From Chloroflexota bacterium (lineage in GTDB: Bacteria > Chloroflexota > Chloroflexia > Chloroflexales > Roseiflexaceae), in contig JBCDFA010000001.1 of NCBI GenBank assembly GCA_039178835.1, forward strand, positions 15,500 through 79,499: a DNA stretch of 64,000 nucleotides. The letters are read 5' to 3'. This document shows positions 10,103 to 18,458 of this stretch, piece after piece. A program made the position numbers and the translations under genes. Under the pieces are notes generated by a model that was not told where the DNA came from, searched no databases, and was given only the letters and a program-made list of their open reading frames with translations. Every line of letters starts with the position of its first letter. The stretch's first letter is position 1.

Positions 10103-10450
10103 ATGACTGAGCAAACAATACCAACAACATCGTCCGATCAGTCGAAGGTTACCGAGGAGCAGCTTTTTTGCTCCCTGACTGGCAAGCCTGTAAGCCGTGA
10201 AGAGGCATACTGGGCACCACCATTTGTTACTGCCCGTGATCTTGTCGTCGTCATATTTCGAACACTCACACAATCGCCAAGCGCTCTTGGTCAGTTGTTA
10301 TTTGCTGAACCAGTCAATGTGCCATATGCACCTGACGCACGTGAACAATTAGCTTCGCGCCGCTCAAGTGAGCAGATGAAGCTATTACTTGGCTTATTGC
10401 TCATTGTAGCGCTCATTGCTGTACCGATTATTCTTTTATCGATGGGTTAG
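10103..10450 (+). CDS. Hypothetical tail-anchored membrane protein
   Basis: ATG at 10103 with AGGAG at 10091-10095. A single C-terminal TM helix (LLLGLLLIVALIAVPIILL). The longer ORF from 10055 has no RBS. Confidence 0.5.
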   Translation: MTEQTIPTTSSDQSKVTEEQLFCSLTGKPVSREEAYWAPPFVTARDLVVVIFRTLTQSPSALGQLLFAEPVNVPYAPDAREQLASRRSSEQMKLLLGLLLIVALIAVPIILLSMG

Positions 10451-10457
10451 GAGACGC

Positions 10458-11141
10458 ATGTTACTCTCAGTTATTATGCCTTGTTACAACGAAGAGGCAA
10501 CGCTTCAACATATTTTGGCGCGTGTACGAACGGTAGAGATGCCAAAGGAGATTATTGCCGTTGATGATCATTCGTCGGACAATACCTATGAAATCTTGTG
10601 TGAGTCTGCCGCAGCAGATCCCGCAATGACCGTGATCCGTCATCCAAGCAATCGTGGGAAAGGTGCGGCCGTTCGTACCGGGCTGGCACGTGCACGTGGC
10701 GACATTGCCATCATCCAGGATGCTGATTTAGAGTATGATCCCAATGATTATTATGAACTTATCCAGCCAATTGCTGATGGACGAGTTAATGTTGTTTTTG
10801 GTTCTCGTTTCATGGGGCGTCATACAGGTATGTATTTCTGGAATGCGATAGGTAACAAGGGTCTTACATTTCTTACCAACTTTTTATTCAATTGTTGGAT
10901 ATCTGACATGGAAACCTGTTATAAGGCTATGAGAACAGATATTCTGCGTGATCTACGACTCGAGAGTAACGATTTTCGACTGGAGCCGGAAATTGCAGCA
11001 AAAGTGCTTAAACGAGGCCACCGCATCTACGAAGTTCCGGTGAGTTACCTTGGACGAACCTATGAAGAGGGAAAGAAGATGCGTCCAAGTCAAGGTTTTC
11101 TTGCTATTGCAGCCTTGTTACGTTATCGGTTATGGGGGTGA
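10458..11141 (+). CDS. Family 2 glycosyltransferase (polyprenol-phosphate sugar transferase-like)
   Basis: The sequence begins MLLSVIMPCYNEE. DDHSSD and QDADLEYDP (DxD) motifs are present. GGAG lies just upstream of the ATG at 10458. Confidence 0.85.
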   Translation: MLLSVIMPCYNEEATLQHILARVRTVEMPKEIIAVDDHSSDNTYEILCESAAADPAMTVIRHPSNRGKGAAVRTGLARARGDIAIIQDADLEYDPNDYYELIQPIADGRVNVVFGSRFMGRHTGMYFWNAIGNKGLTFLTNFLFNCWISDMETCYKAMRTDILRDLRLESNDFRLEPEIAAKVLKRGHRIYEVPVSYLGRTYEEGKKMRPSQGFLAIAALLRYRLWG

Positions 11142-11191
11142 TCTGAACACTCTTTTATGCTATCTCCCCCACAATGTGAGGCAGGTATATT

Positions 11192-11752
11192 GTGGAGAAT
11201 ATAGGCGCTTACTTGGAAAGTCTCGCAACAACCCTCTCAGCTACACCACAGGAATCACTACAATCTATCGAACGGGCGTTATGGGAAACCTACGCACGTG
11301 ATGGTGCCATCATCATATGTGGGAATGGTGGGAGTGCAGCGACTGCCTCCCACTTTGCATGCGATTTATCAAAATGGACCATTTGTGAAGATCGGCCTCG
11401 TATGCGTGCCATCGCACTCACAGATAACATTCCAGTAATGCTTGCTTGGGCCAATGATACTCATTATGAGCGTGTATTTGTTGAGCAACTCATGAACATC
11501 TATCGAACTGGCGACACGTTGGTGTCTATTTCTGGTAGTGGCAACTCGCCAAATGTCCTACGTGCTGTTGAATGGGCAAATGAACAGGGCGCCAATACTA
11601 TTAGTATGACTGGGTTTGGTGGCGGGCAATTGTCCAAGATGACCCATGTTGGAGTTGTTGTGCCAAGCCACTTTATGCCTGAAGTGGAAGATGTCCATAT
11701 GGCGATATGTCACGCGTTGGCGGTGAGTATTGGCAAACGTATACAACAATAG
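11192..11752 (+). CDS. gmhA: SIS-domain sugar-phosphate isomerase (phosphoheptose isomerase GmhA-like)
   Basis: 186 aa. CGNGGSAATASHFACDL and SGSGNSPNV are typical of GmhA/DiaA SIS proteins. GTG start. Confidence 0.75.
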   Translation: MENIGAYLESLATTLSATPQESLQSIERALWETYARDGAIIICGNGGSAATASHFACDLSKWTICEDRPRMRAIALTDNIPVMLAWANDTHYERVFVEQLMNIYRTGDTLVSISGSGNSPNVLRAVEWANEQGANTISMTGFGGGQLSKMTHVGVVVPSHFMPEVEDVHMAICHALAVSIGKRIQQ

Positions 11753-11777
11753 ACTACTCTATACATTGCATTGTGTG

Positions 11778-12575
11778 TCAATCACACATACGTTTCGCAT
11801 CGGCGACCTCGCCAAAGACCAGTAACTTATCGTTTGTCAAAATACGTGTGTCAGCAGATGGACTGACAAGCACTTCTTCGTTGCGCCAGATTGCCAGGAT
11901 GTTCAGGCCATGTTTCTGGCGTAGGTCTGCCTCTGCCAATGTTTTGCCCTGGAGATGCTCTGGCGCAATCACCTCGATAATCCCAATATTGGGATTGAGT
12001 TCCAAAAAATCCACTAGCCGAATGGATGAAAGTCGCCGTGCCAGCCGGACCCCGGCTTCGTGCTCAGGCAGAATGACTTCGTCCGCGCCGACCTGAATGA
12101 GAATGTCCCGTTGTGTTCGTGTACGCGCTTTGGCAATTACGCGTGGGACGCCCAATTTGCACAAAAGGACGGTTGCAAGCAGGTTGCTCTCAAAATCGGT
12201 ACCAATGCAAACCACCCCAATATCAAAGTGATCGATCCCAATTTCGCGCAGTGCATCAATATTTGTAGCGTCGATATTCACAACGTTGGGCAACTCAGAG
12301 GCAATGGCCTGTACTCGCTGATAGTCGCTATCGACGGTAAGGACGGTATGTCCCTGCTCAACAAGCGATTTAGCCAAACTGGTTCCAAATCGGCCTAAGC
12401 CAATAATAATAAATTGCCGTTTGTCGCGGTGCAAGAATGGGCGGCGGTTCCGACCGTGCGAGCGTAGATCTGGCAAGGAACGGGTATCTTGTGTGATAAG
12501 TTCTTTCTGGGTTTTTTGGGTTTGTTCTGTTGTATGATTGGTGAACTTCCACCATTGTCTAAATCGTTCTAACAT
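11778..12575 (-). CDS. trkA: K+ uptake system NAD-binding (RCK) subunit, TrkA/KtrA family, with an N-terminal extension of about 50 aa
   Basis: Rossmann motif IIIGLGRFG followed by an RCK_C-type C-terminal domain. It lies directly downstream of the TrkH/KtrB gene. Confidence 0.85.
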   Translation of the reverse strand: MLERFRQWWKFTNHTTEQTQKTQKELITQDTRSLPDLRSHGRNRRPFLHRDKRQFIIIGLGRFGTSLAKSLVEQGHTVLTVDSDYQRVQAIASELPNVVNIDATNIDALREIGIDHFDIGVVCIGTDFESNLLATVLLCKLGVPRVIAKARTRTQRDILIQVGADEVILPEHEAGVRLARRLSSIRLVDFLELNPNIGIIEVIAPEHLQGKTLAEADLRQKHGLNILAIWRNEEVLVSPSADTRILTNDKLLVFGEVADAKRMCD

Positions 12576-12657
12576 AGCATCCTCTTGGATTATGAATGTA
12601 TGTGTTTATAGCTATCAATAGAGTTGTCTGTCGTTTAGATACATGATCGTCGTTATT

Positions 12658-14037
12658 TTAACCTATAACGATTTGCTCTGACGGGTAGAGCGCGGTAGTT
12701 GGTTTTTCTTGTTGGGCAATCAGGATGACGAGTGTAAGCGGGCCAAGGCGTCCCCAGAACATGGTAAAAGCGATCAGAAGGCGGCCTAGATCATCCAACT
12801 CTGAAGTTGTTCCAAGCGAGTATCCCGTATTCGAAAAGGCACTGATAACCTCAAAACCTACTTCAAATCCTGCTCCTGTACGATCAACGAGGAGGATCAA
12901 GGTAACGATAAAACATAAGAGAGTCGAGACCGTCATAACGGCTACGGCTTTGCCAATAGTCTCAAGCGGCAATGTACGTCCAAAGACGACGGATTGTGGT
13001 TTTCCACGCACGGTGGACACCACTGCTACGATAAGGACACCAACCGTGCTGATCGTTACACCACCAGCCATTGAGGCAGGAGCACCTCCGATAAACATAG
13101 ATATCATAAGAGTCAACGCACTTGCTTCGTTTAATTCATTTAATGGCACAATCGTTAAACCAGCAGTCCGTGATGATACGACACTAAAGAGTGCTATCCA
13201 GAAACGTTCGAGGGGGGTAGCCTGGGTAATTGTCCCAAAAAAATCATCGAATGCGAAGACGATTAACCCTAAAACAATAAGTATGGCTGAAATGATTAAT
13301 GTTAGCTTCGTATGGACAAGTAATTTGTTATCCCAGGGGAAGGTGATAAGATCGAGGGCAACCAGGATACCAAGTCCCCCTAGTATAATGAGCCCCATTA
13401 AAACGGTTAGCGTAAATATGTCATTGCCAAAGCCAAAGAGCGGGCTATCAACACCACTGTATAAATCAAACCCTGCATTGCAGAAGGCACTGATTGAGTG
13501 AAAAATAGCCAGATATGCTGCCCGTCCCATACCCATTTCGGGCCACCAACGGAGCCAGAGCAAGATGGCTCCAGCAAGCTGGATAATAGATGTAACGAAC
13601 AATACAGAAAGTGTTAGACGACCAATACCAATGGTATGCATAACACCGAGAGATTGGCGTAGTAGTAATCGTTCAGCGATACCAAGACGTCGACCAATGA
13701 GGGCAAACAAAAGGACCGAGAACGCTACAAAGCCGATTCCCCCAATCTGTATTAGAAGCAGAACTACAATCTGACCAAAAAGGGAGAGATCACGTGCTGG
13801 GGTAATCACAACAAGACCAGTGACGGTCGTAGCACTTGTTGAGGTGAATAGGGCCTCGCTCCACGTGAGTGGACGCTCGGTTCCAGCTATGGGCAGCCGC
13901 AGCAGCACAGTACCAACCAATATAATGAGCGCAAACCCGATCACCAATGTTTGCGCGTTCTTACGAGCCAGTGGATTGATCGGCTGACGTACTACTGTGG
14001 CATTTGAGAGATTGCCATCTTTCGTCATATGTGCCAT
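12658..14037 (-). CDS. trkH: K+ transporter membrane subunit, TrkH/KtrB family
   Basis: 459 aa and polytopic. Repeated pore-loop-like segments are present (TATTVTG, NAGFD, SRTAGL, NTGYS). Confidence 0.9.
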   Translation of the reverse strand: MAHMTKDGNLSNATVVRQPINPLARKNAQTLVIGFALIILVGTVLLRLPIAGTERPLTWSEALFTSTSATTVTGLVVITPARDLSLFGQIVVLLLIQIGGIGFVAFSVLLFALIGRRLGIAERLLLRQSLGVMHTIGIGRLTLSVLFVTSIIQLAGAILLWLRWWPEMGMGRAAYLAIFHSISAFCNAGFDLYSGVDSPLFGFGNDIFTLTVLMGLIILGGLGILVALDLITFPWDNKLLVHTKLTLIISAILIVLGLIVFAFDDFFGTITQATPLERFWIALFSVVSSRTAGLTIVPLNELNEASALTLMISMFIGGAPASMAGGVTISTVGVLIVAVVSTVRGKPQSVVFGRTLPLETIGKAVAVMTVSTLLCFIVTLILLVDRTGAGFEVGFEVISAFSNTGYSLGTTSELDDLGRLLIAFTMFWGRLGPLTLVILIAQQEKPTTALYPSEQIVIG

Positions 14038-14228
14038 AGCGGATTGTCCTGTAGGAGAGGCTCATTATTGCATCTCGATCTCTTGCTATCGAGTATAGCT
14101 GTTTTACTGATTGTACAAAGAGGATTGGAGGGAACTCGATACAAAGTAGAACGTGTAACATCGGCAAGAGATCATTATTCTATCTCTCCAACACCGCTTT
14201 GTGTGCATATTCACGAAGCAATGCCTGT

Positions 14229-14257
14229 ATTATATGACTTCCCCTGGTTTTGGGCAA
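14229..14257 (-). promoter_or_regulatory. Sigma-70-like promoter upstream of trkH, implying a 5' leader of about 180 nt
   Basis: On the minus strand: TTGCCC (14257-14252), a 17-nt spacer, then TATAAT (14234-14229). Confidence 0.4.
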
Positions 14258-14496
14258 TACATCTCTTGACGGGCTCCAAGAGTGGCTTAACATCTTCTCT
14301 TGATCCGTATTATATCCTATTTCTCATGATGCATAGCTCTATATTACCTGTGGTTTGTTCTTTTTGAGAGAAGCATGTATCACCTAATATGGTCCATTTC
14401 ACTATTATTGATACCTGAATGGATGACACAATACGCCTTTTTGCATACTGATCGTATAATAGTCAAACACACATTCTCGTTCAAAGTAGGTGACAG

Positions 14497-15351
14497 ATGG
14501 CAGCAATGATTTTGGATGGACGTATGTTGGCCAAAACACTTCGTGAGGAATTGCGCACAGAGATCCAACAGTTTACGTCCGAAGTTGGAATAACCCCCAC
14601 ATTGGCAGTAGTTCACGTCGAAGGAGATAGTGCTTCAGAGCGGTATGTACGAAGCATTCAAAAAGCCTGTGACAATCTCGGCATTCATTTTATTAAGCCA
14701 CATCTCGCAGAAGGAACCCAACAGGATCGCCTTGAGTCAGTGGTGCGCGGTCTCAGTGAGGATGAAAAGACACATGGTATTCTTTTACAACTTCCTCTTC
14801 CGGCAGGCCTTGATGCTGATACGGCAATTGCCCAGCTTGATCCACGCAAAGATGTCGATGGTATCCATCCTTCTAATGCCGGATTGCTTATGCAAGGTGA
14901 GCCACGTTTTGTACCCAATACACCTGCAGGTGGTATAGAACTTCTGCAACGTTACAATATTGAGATATCTGGTAAGCGTGCTGTTATCGTTGGGCGGAGC
15001 ATGGTCGTCGGGAAACCTATGTCATTACTCCTGCTCCAGTCTCACGCGACAGTCACGATTGCTCATTCCCGTACTCCTGATCTTGCTGCAGTTGTACGAG
15101 AGGCAGACATCGTAGTGGTTGCTGCTGGCCGTGCCAAACTGGTCGATGGTTCTATGATTCGACCAGGAGCAGTGGTTGTCGATTTTGGCATCAATGTGCA
15201 GGATGATGGCTCAATGACAGGTGATGTCGATTTTGCAAGTGCATCAGAGGTAGCTAGTGCCATAACGCCGGTCCCCGGTGGCACCGGACCTGTCACCAAT
15301 GTCATGTTGCTGCGGAATGTTTTACATGCTGCTCGTTTGTTACAAACGTAG
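14497..15351 (+). CDS. folD: Bifunctional methylenetetrahydrofolate dehydrogenase / methenyl-THF cyclohydrolase
   Basis: 284 aa. ILLQLPLP, DVDG and PVPGGTGPVT are signature segments. Confidence 0.95.
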   Translation: MAAMILDGRMLAKTLREELRTEIQQFTSEVGITPTLAVVHVEGDSASERYVRSIQKACDNLGIHFIKPHLAEGTQQDRLESVVRGLSEDEKTHGILLQLPLPAGLDADTAIAQLDPRKDVDGIHPSNAGLLMQGEPRFVPNTPAGGIELLQRYNIEISGKRAVIVGRSMVVGKPMSLLLLQSHATVTIAHSRTPDLAAVVREADIVVVAAGRAKLVDGSMIRPGAVVVDFGINVQDDGSMTGDVDFASASEVASAITPVPGGTGPVTNVMLLRNVLHAARLLQT

Positions 15352-15367
15352 CCGTTTCTATCGACAG

Positions 15368-17041
15368 CTATGGGTCACCGCGACGTATGATGCTCACAAG
15401 CAGTGCTAAGCCAGTAAGGATGGCACCGATGCTGCCAATCAGGCTAAAAATAAACATGAACTGATTGTTCCATCCGAGACTAGCGGCGACACCGGTCATC
15501 CCTAATGTCAGCATAAAGGACATAAAAGTAACCGACAGCGCGATCCGCATGCTTGCCAATGTCAGTGCAGAGGCAAGGCGTCGTGTCTCTGTCTCCCGTG
15601 TTTGAAGTGTTAGTTCACCATCCTCGAGACGACGGAGTGTATCGCTCAGTTGTCTCGGCAGAATCGTTGCTACTTCGCGAACCTCTTGTACTTGCTCCAA
15701 TGTGCGTTTTGCAACGGTTTCTGGTGAAGCAAGTTCTGCCAAGGCACGAGTCGCATAAGGCCGTGCCACGGCAAATGTATCAAGGTGGGGATCAAGTTGT
15801 ATACCAACGCCTTCCATCATCACGATTGCTTTCAACAATAACGCAAGAGGAACCGGCATGCGTAAATGATGCCGTCGGATAATCTGCAGTAATTCTTCGT
15901 TTGTCTCGTGTGCCGACATTTCTTCCAGTGGGCTGTCAACAATGCGATCCATGAACCGCATCAGATCGCGTCGCAACGTGGGTGTGACATCACGTCGGTC
16001 TAAGATATCTAGATGTTGCATGGCCCGTAATGCACCATTTGCATCATTGCGTGTGAGCGCTACTAACAGCAGGAGCAGGTTGTTAATGGTTTCTCGATCA
16101 AGCGAAACAACCTGCCCGAAATCGACGACACCAATGACGGCATTTGGTAGTGCAAAAAAATTACCTGGATGGGGATCAGCGTGAAAGAAGCCATCACGAA
16201 AAATCTCGCGAAGAATAAGTTCAACGCTATTACGAGCAAGCGATTTTTGATCAATGCCGTTCTCTTGTAGTTGTTGGATATCGTTAATTTTGACACCAAA
16301 TAATCGTTCGCTCGTGAGTACACGCAGGCTGGTATGTTCCCAATAGATAGTTGGTATGTGTATGATGGTACTACCACGAAAGTTCTTGCGAAAGCGATCA
16401 GCATTACGTCCTTCACGTCGATAATCTAATTCGGAACGTAATGTGGTACTAAGCTCCCAGGCCAGATCGACAAGGTTATATTGACTCCCCAGTGCTGTGC
16501 GCTCTTGTGCTAAGGCTGCGATATCGTTGAGAATAGCTAGATCGAGGGTCATTGTTTGCTGAATGTCTGGCCGTTGGATCTTCACGACGACCCGCTCTCC
16601 ACTGTGAAGGGTGGCAGTGTGCACCTGCCCGAGCGATGCAGCGGCCAGAGGCTCATAGCAGAAGTCTTGAAACGCGGTATGCAATGGTCGACCCAGTTCA
16701 GACTCGATGATCTTGATGGCGACATCAGCAGGAAATGGTGGGACAGTATCCTGCAGTTTGGTTAATTCGATCAGGAAGGCAGGTGGCAAAATATCACCAC
16801 GGGTACTGAGCATTTGCCCTAGCTTGACAAATGTTGGACCAAGTGCGATTAACGTTTGTCGTAGTCGTTCTGGCCCACTGAGTGGATCAGGAACAGAGTG
16901 ACGAACAATACGGCTAGGTAACGATAAGAGATTGGAAAGACCTAACTGCTCTACAAGATACCCAAAGCCATGATGCCCAAGGACCTGGGCTATTTGGCGA
17001 TAACGTCCCAAGTAGCGTGCCTGACGGACGATTGGCCACAT
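15368..17041 (-). CDS. ABC1/UbiB-family atypical kinase with C-terminal TM helices
   Basis: 557 aa. AAASLGQVH, VVKIQRP and FHADPHPGN are motifs typical of the ABC1/ADCK family. Confidence 0.9.
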   Translation of the reverse strand: MWPIVRQARYLGRYRQIAQVLGHHGFGYLVEQLGLSNLLSLPSRIVRHSVPDPLSGPERLRQTLIALGPTFVKLGQMLSTRGDILPPAFLIELTKLQDTVPPFPADVAIKIIESELGRPLHTAFQDFCYEPLAAASLGQVHTATLHSGERVVVKIQRPDIQQTMTLDLAILNDIAALAQERTALGSQYNLVDLAWELSTTLRSELDYRREGRNADRFRKNFRGSTIIHIPTIYWEHTSLRVLTSERLFGVKINDIQQLQENGIDQKSLARNSVELILREIFRDGFFHADPHPGNFFALPNAVIGVVDFGQVVSLDRETINNLLLLLVALTRNDANGALRAMQHLDILDRRDVTPTLRRDLMRFMDRIVDSPLEEMSAHETNEELLQIIRRHHLRMPVPLALLLKAIVMMEGVGIQLDPHLDTFAVARPYATRALAELASPETVAKRTLEQVQEVREVATILPRQLSDTLRRLEDGELTLQTRETETRRLASALTLASMRIALSVTFMSFMLTLGMTGVAASLGWNNQFMFIFSLIGSIGAILTGLALLVSIIRRGDP

Positions 17042-17324
17042 GTGTGTATTCCTTCATATAGCTAGAATCCCACGGTATTATAAGGAGTGGGAGTAATAGT
17101 ATGTTCCATGATATTGTGTCATACTCTGGATCTTACTCTGTTGCATGTTCGCCGTCAATGTGCTAACTGTTCATTATGGTTGAGATTATATGTTTCTGTG
17201 GTATGCTAGTAGCAGATACACAGATTAACAATATCTTCTCCTGTAGCTTTCAAAACACAGGATCGTTGGTGTTAACCAAGGGTCTTATAGCTATGCCTAA
17301 AACTAGGCGAGAGAACACAGTAGA

Positions 17325-17750
17325 ATGGTAGTAGATATCACCCTTTACAGTCTCGATATGATTGTTTCAACGGTGCAGTACCGTAAAATTGCCGAAATTC
17401 GGGGGAGTATTGTGTATCGGCTTATTCCTCTTGGATTATCACCACAATTTGCTCCACTTGCCGAAATCCGTGGCAACGCCGTCTACATGGTACACGACTC
17501 ATCGCTATCAGGAACACATGGCGCTGCTTTTGCTGAGATTCGTGGCGGTCGTGTGTATGAAATTATCGGAACAGTAGCACATCCGCAGTACCGTCAGATT
17601 GCAGAAGTGCGTGGTATGAGTGTGTACAAAATGACCTCAAGCCTAGATATGGGGCGCCCTCGAAAAGTGGTTGAGGCGCAGGGAGAAGCTGACACTGTCC
17701 GTATTGGTGGCGCTGTTGCAGCACTTATGTATGCCGGATGGATTATTTAG
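17325..17750 (+). CDS. Hypothetical small protein built of four 'AEIRGxxVY' repeats
   Basis: 141 aa. The repeats are IAEIRGSIVYRL, LAEIRGNAVYMV, FAEIRGGRVYEI and IAEVRGMSVYKM, spaced about 21-26 aa apart. Confidence 0.55.
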   Translation: MVVDITLYSLDMIVSTVQYRKIAEIRGSIVYRLIPLGLSPQFAPLAEIRGNAVYMVHDSSLSGTHGAAFAEIRGGRVYEIIGTVAHPQYRQIAEVRGMSVYKMTSSLDMGRPRKVVEAQGEADTVRIGGAVAALMYAGWII

Positions 17751-18076
17751 ATTCAATCTCTGTCTGTTGTGCTTGCTTACATCTGATATCTCAAGGATAT
17801 CTTAAGGTTTCTTGGGGGAAACTTGTGTTGAAATTGAGGCTATCATCATAGACTTGTGTGAACTCCTCTCTCCTCTACTTCTTGCCCTGCCGCAATTAAT
17901 AGACGGTAGGGCAAGAAAATATCACACAACTGATACATCTTCCATGTTTTTTGTTACGTATACTAATGGCAGGCTGAAGTGGTGATATTTGGCGTGGAAG
18001 TTGCATAACACAGAACGTGAAGTTATCATGAAAAATGACGAATAGAGCGAGATGACGTCTAGAGTCAGGAGTATGT

Positions 18077-18415
18077 ATGAAACCAGAGTATAACGATCAG
18101 CAGGTGATTAGTGACGTCAGTCCTGTTGTGCGAAACCAACTTCACGAGCGTATTGTGTATGCGGAAGGCGACCTTGATACGGTTGAGGAAGAAATTCGGG
18201 CGCAAATTGAGGAGATTGATTATGGTATGAAATATCACAACGAAACTGTTCAACGCCGCCGCAGGTCCGATAGAGCATTTTTTGTTGCTCAGTTACGCTA
18301 TCTCAGGAAACATACGCAATCTCTACGAGCAATCCGACAGCCAAAATCTACTGTCTTCAAACGTATCATATCATTTCTTCGTTCTCGAAAAATGATACCT
18401 TACAACGTCCCATAG
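18077..18415 (+). CDS. Hypothetical protein, acidic N-terminal half and basic C-terminal half
   Basis: 112-aa ORF with AGGAG 6 nt upstream of the ATG. I recognise no family. Confidence 0.45.
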   Translation: MKPEYNDQQVISDVSPVVRNQLHERIVYAEGDLDTVEEEIRAQIEEIDYGMKYHNETVQRRRRSDRAFFVAQLRYLRKHTQSLRAIRQPKSTVFKRIISFLRSRKMIPYNVP

Positions 18416-18458
18416 CTATAGTTGTATAAAACAAAAGGAGTGCACGGTTGTACTGTCA

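Noticed and set aside
12725-13501. A 258-aa ORF on the plus strand
   Set aside because: It lies entirely antisense to the well-supported trkH gene. Its composition is Pro/Ser/Thr/Arg-rich, as expected for a mirror frame of a membrane protein, and it has no RBS.
14038-14228. A c-di-AMP (ydaO/kimA-class) riboswitch in the trkH leader
   Set aside because: I looked for the conserved ydaO-type strings (ACGGGG, CCGAAUCC, GCUAACC-like elements, pseudo-twofold layout) and found none. Only generic hairpins are present. I kept it solely as a 'long structured leader' finding.
14380-14496. A ZTP (pfl) riboswitch upstream of folD
   Set aside because: folD is a frequent ZTP-riboswitch target. However, this 117-nt region lacks the GGGUCGUGAC / CCGGGCGGA / CCGCCUGGGC-type motifs and is too short and AT-rich.
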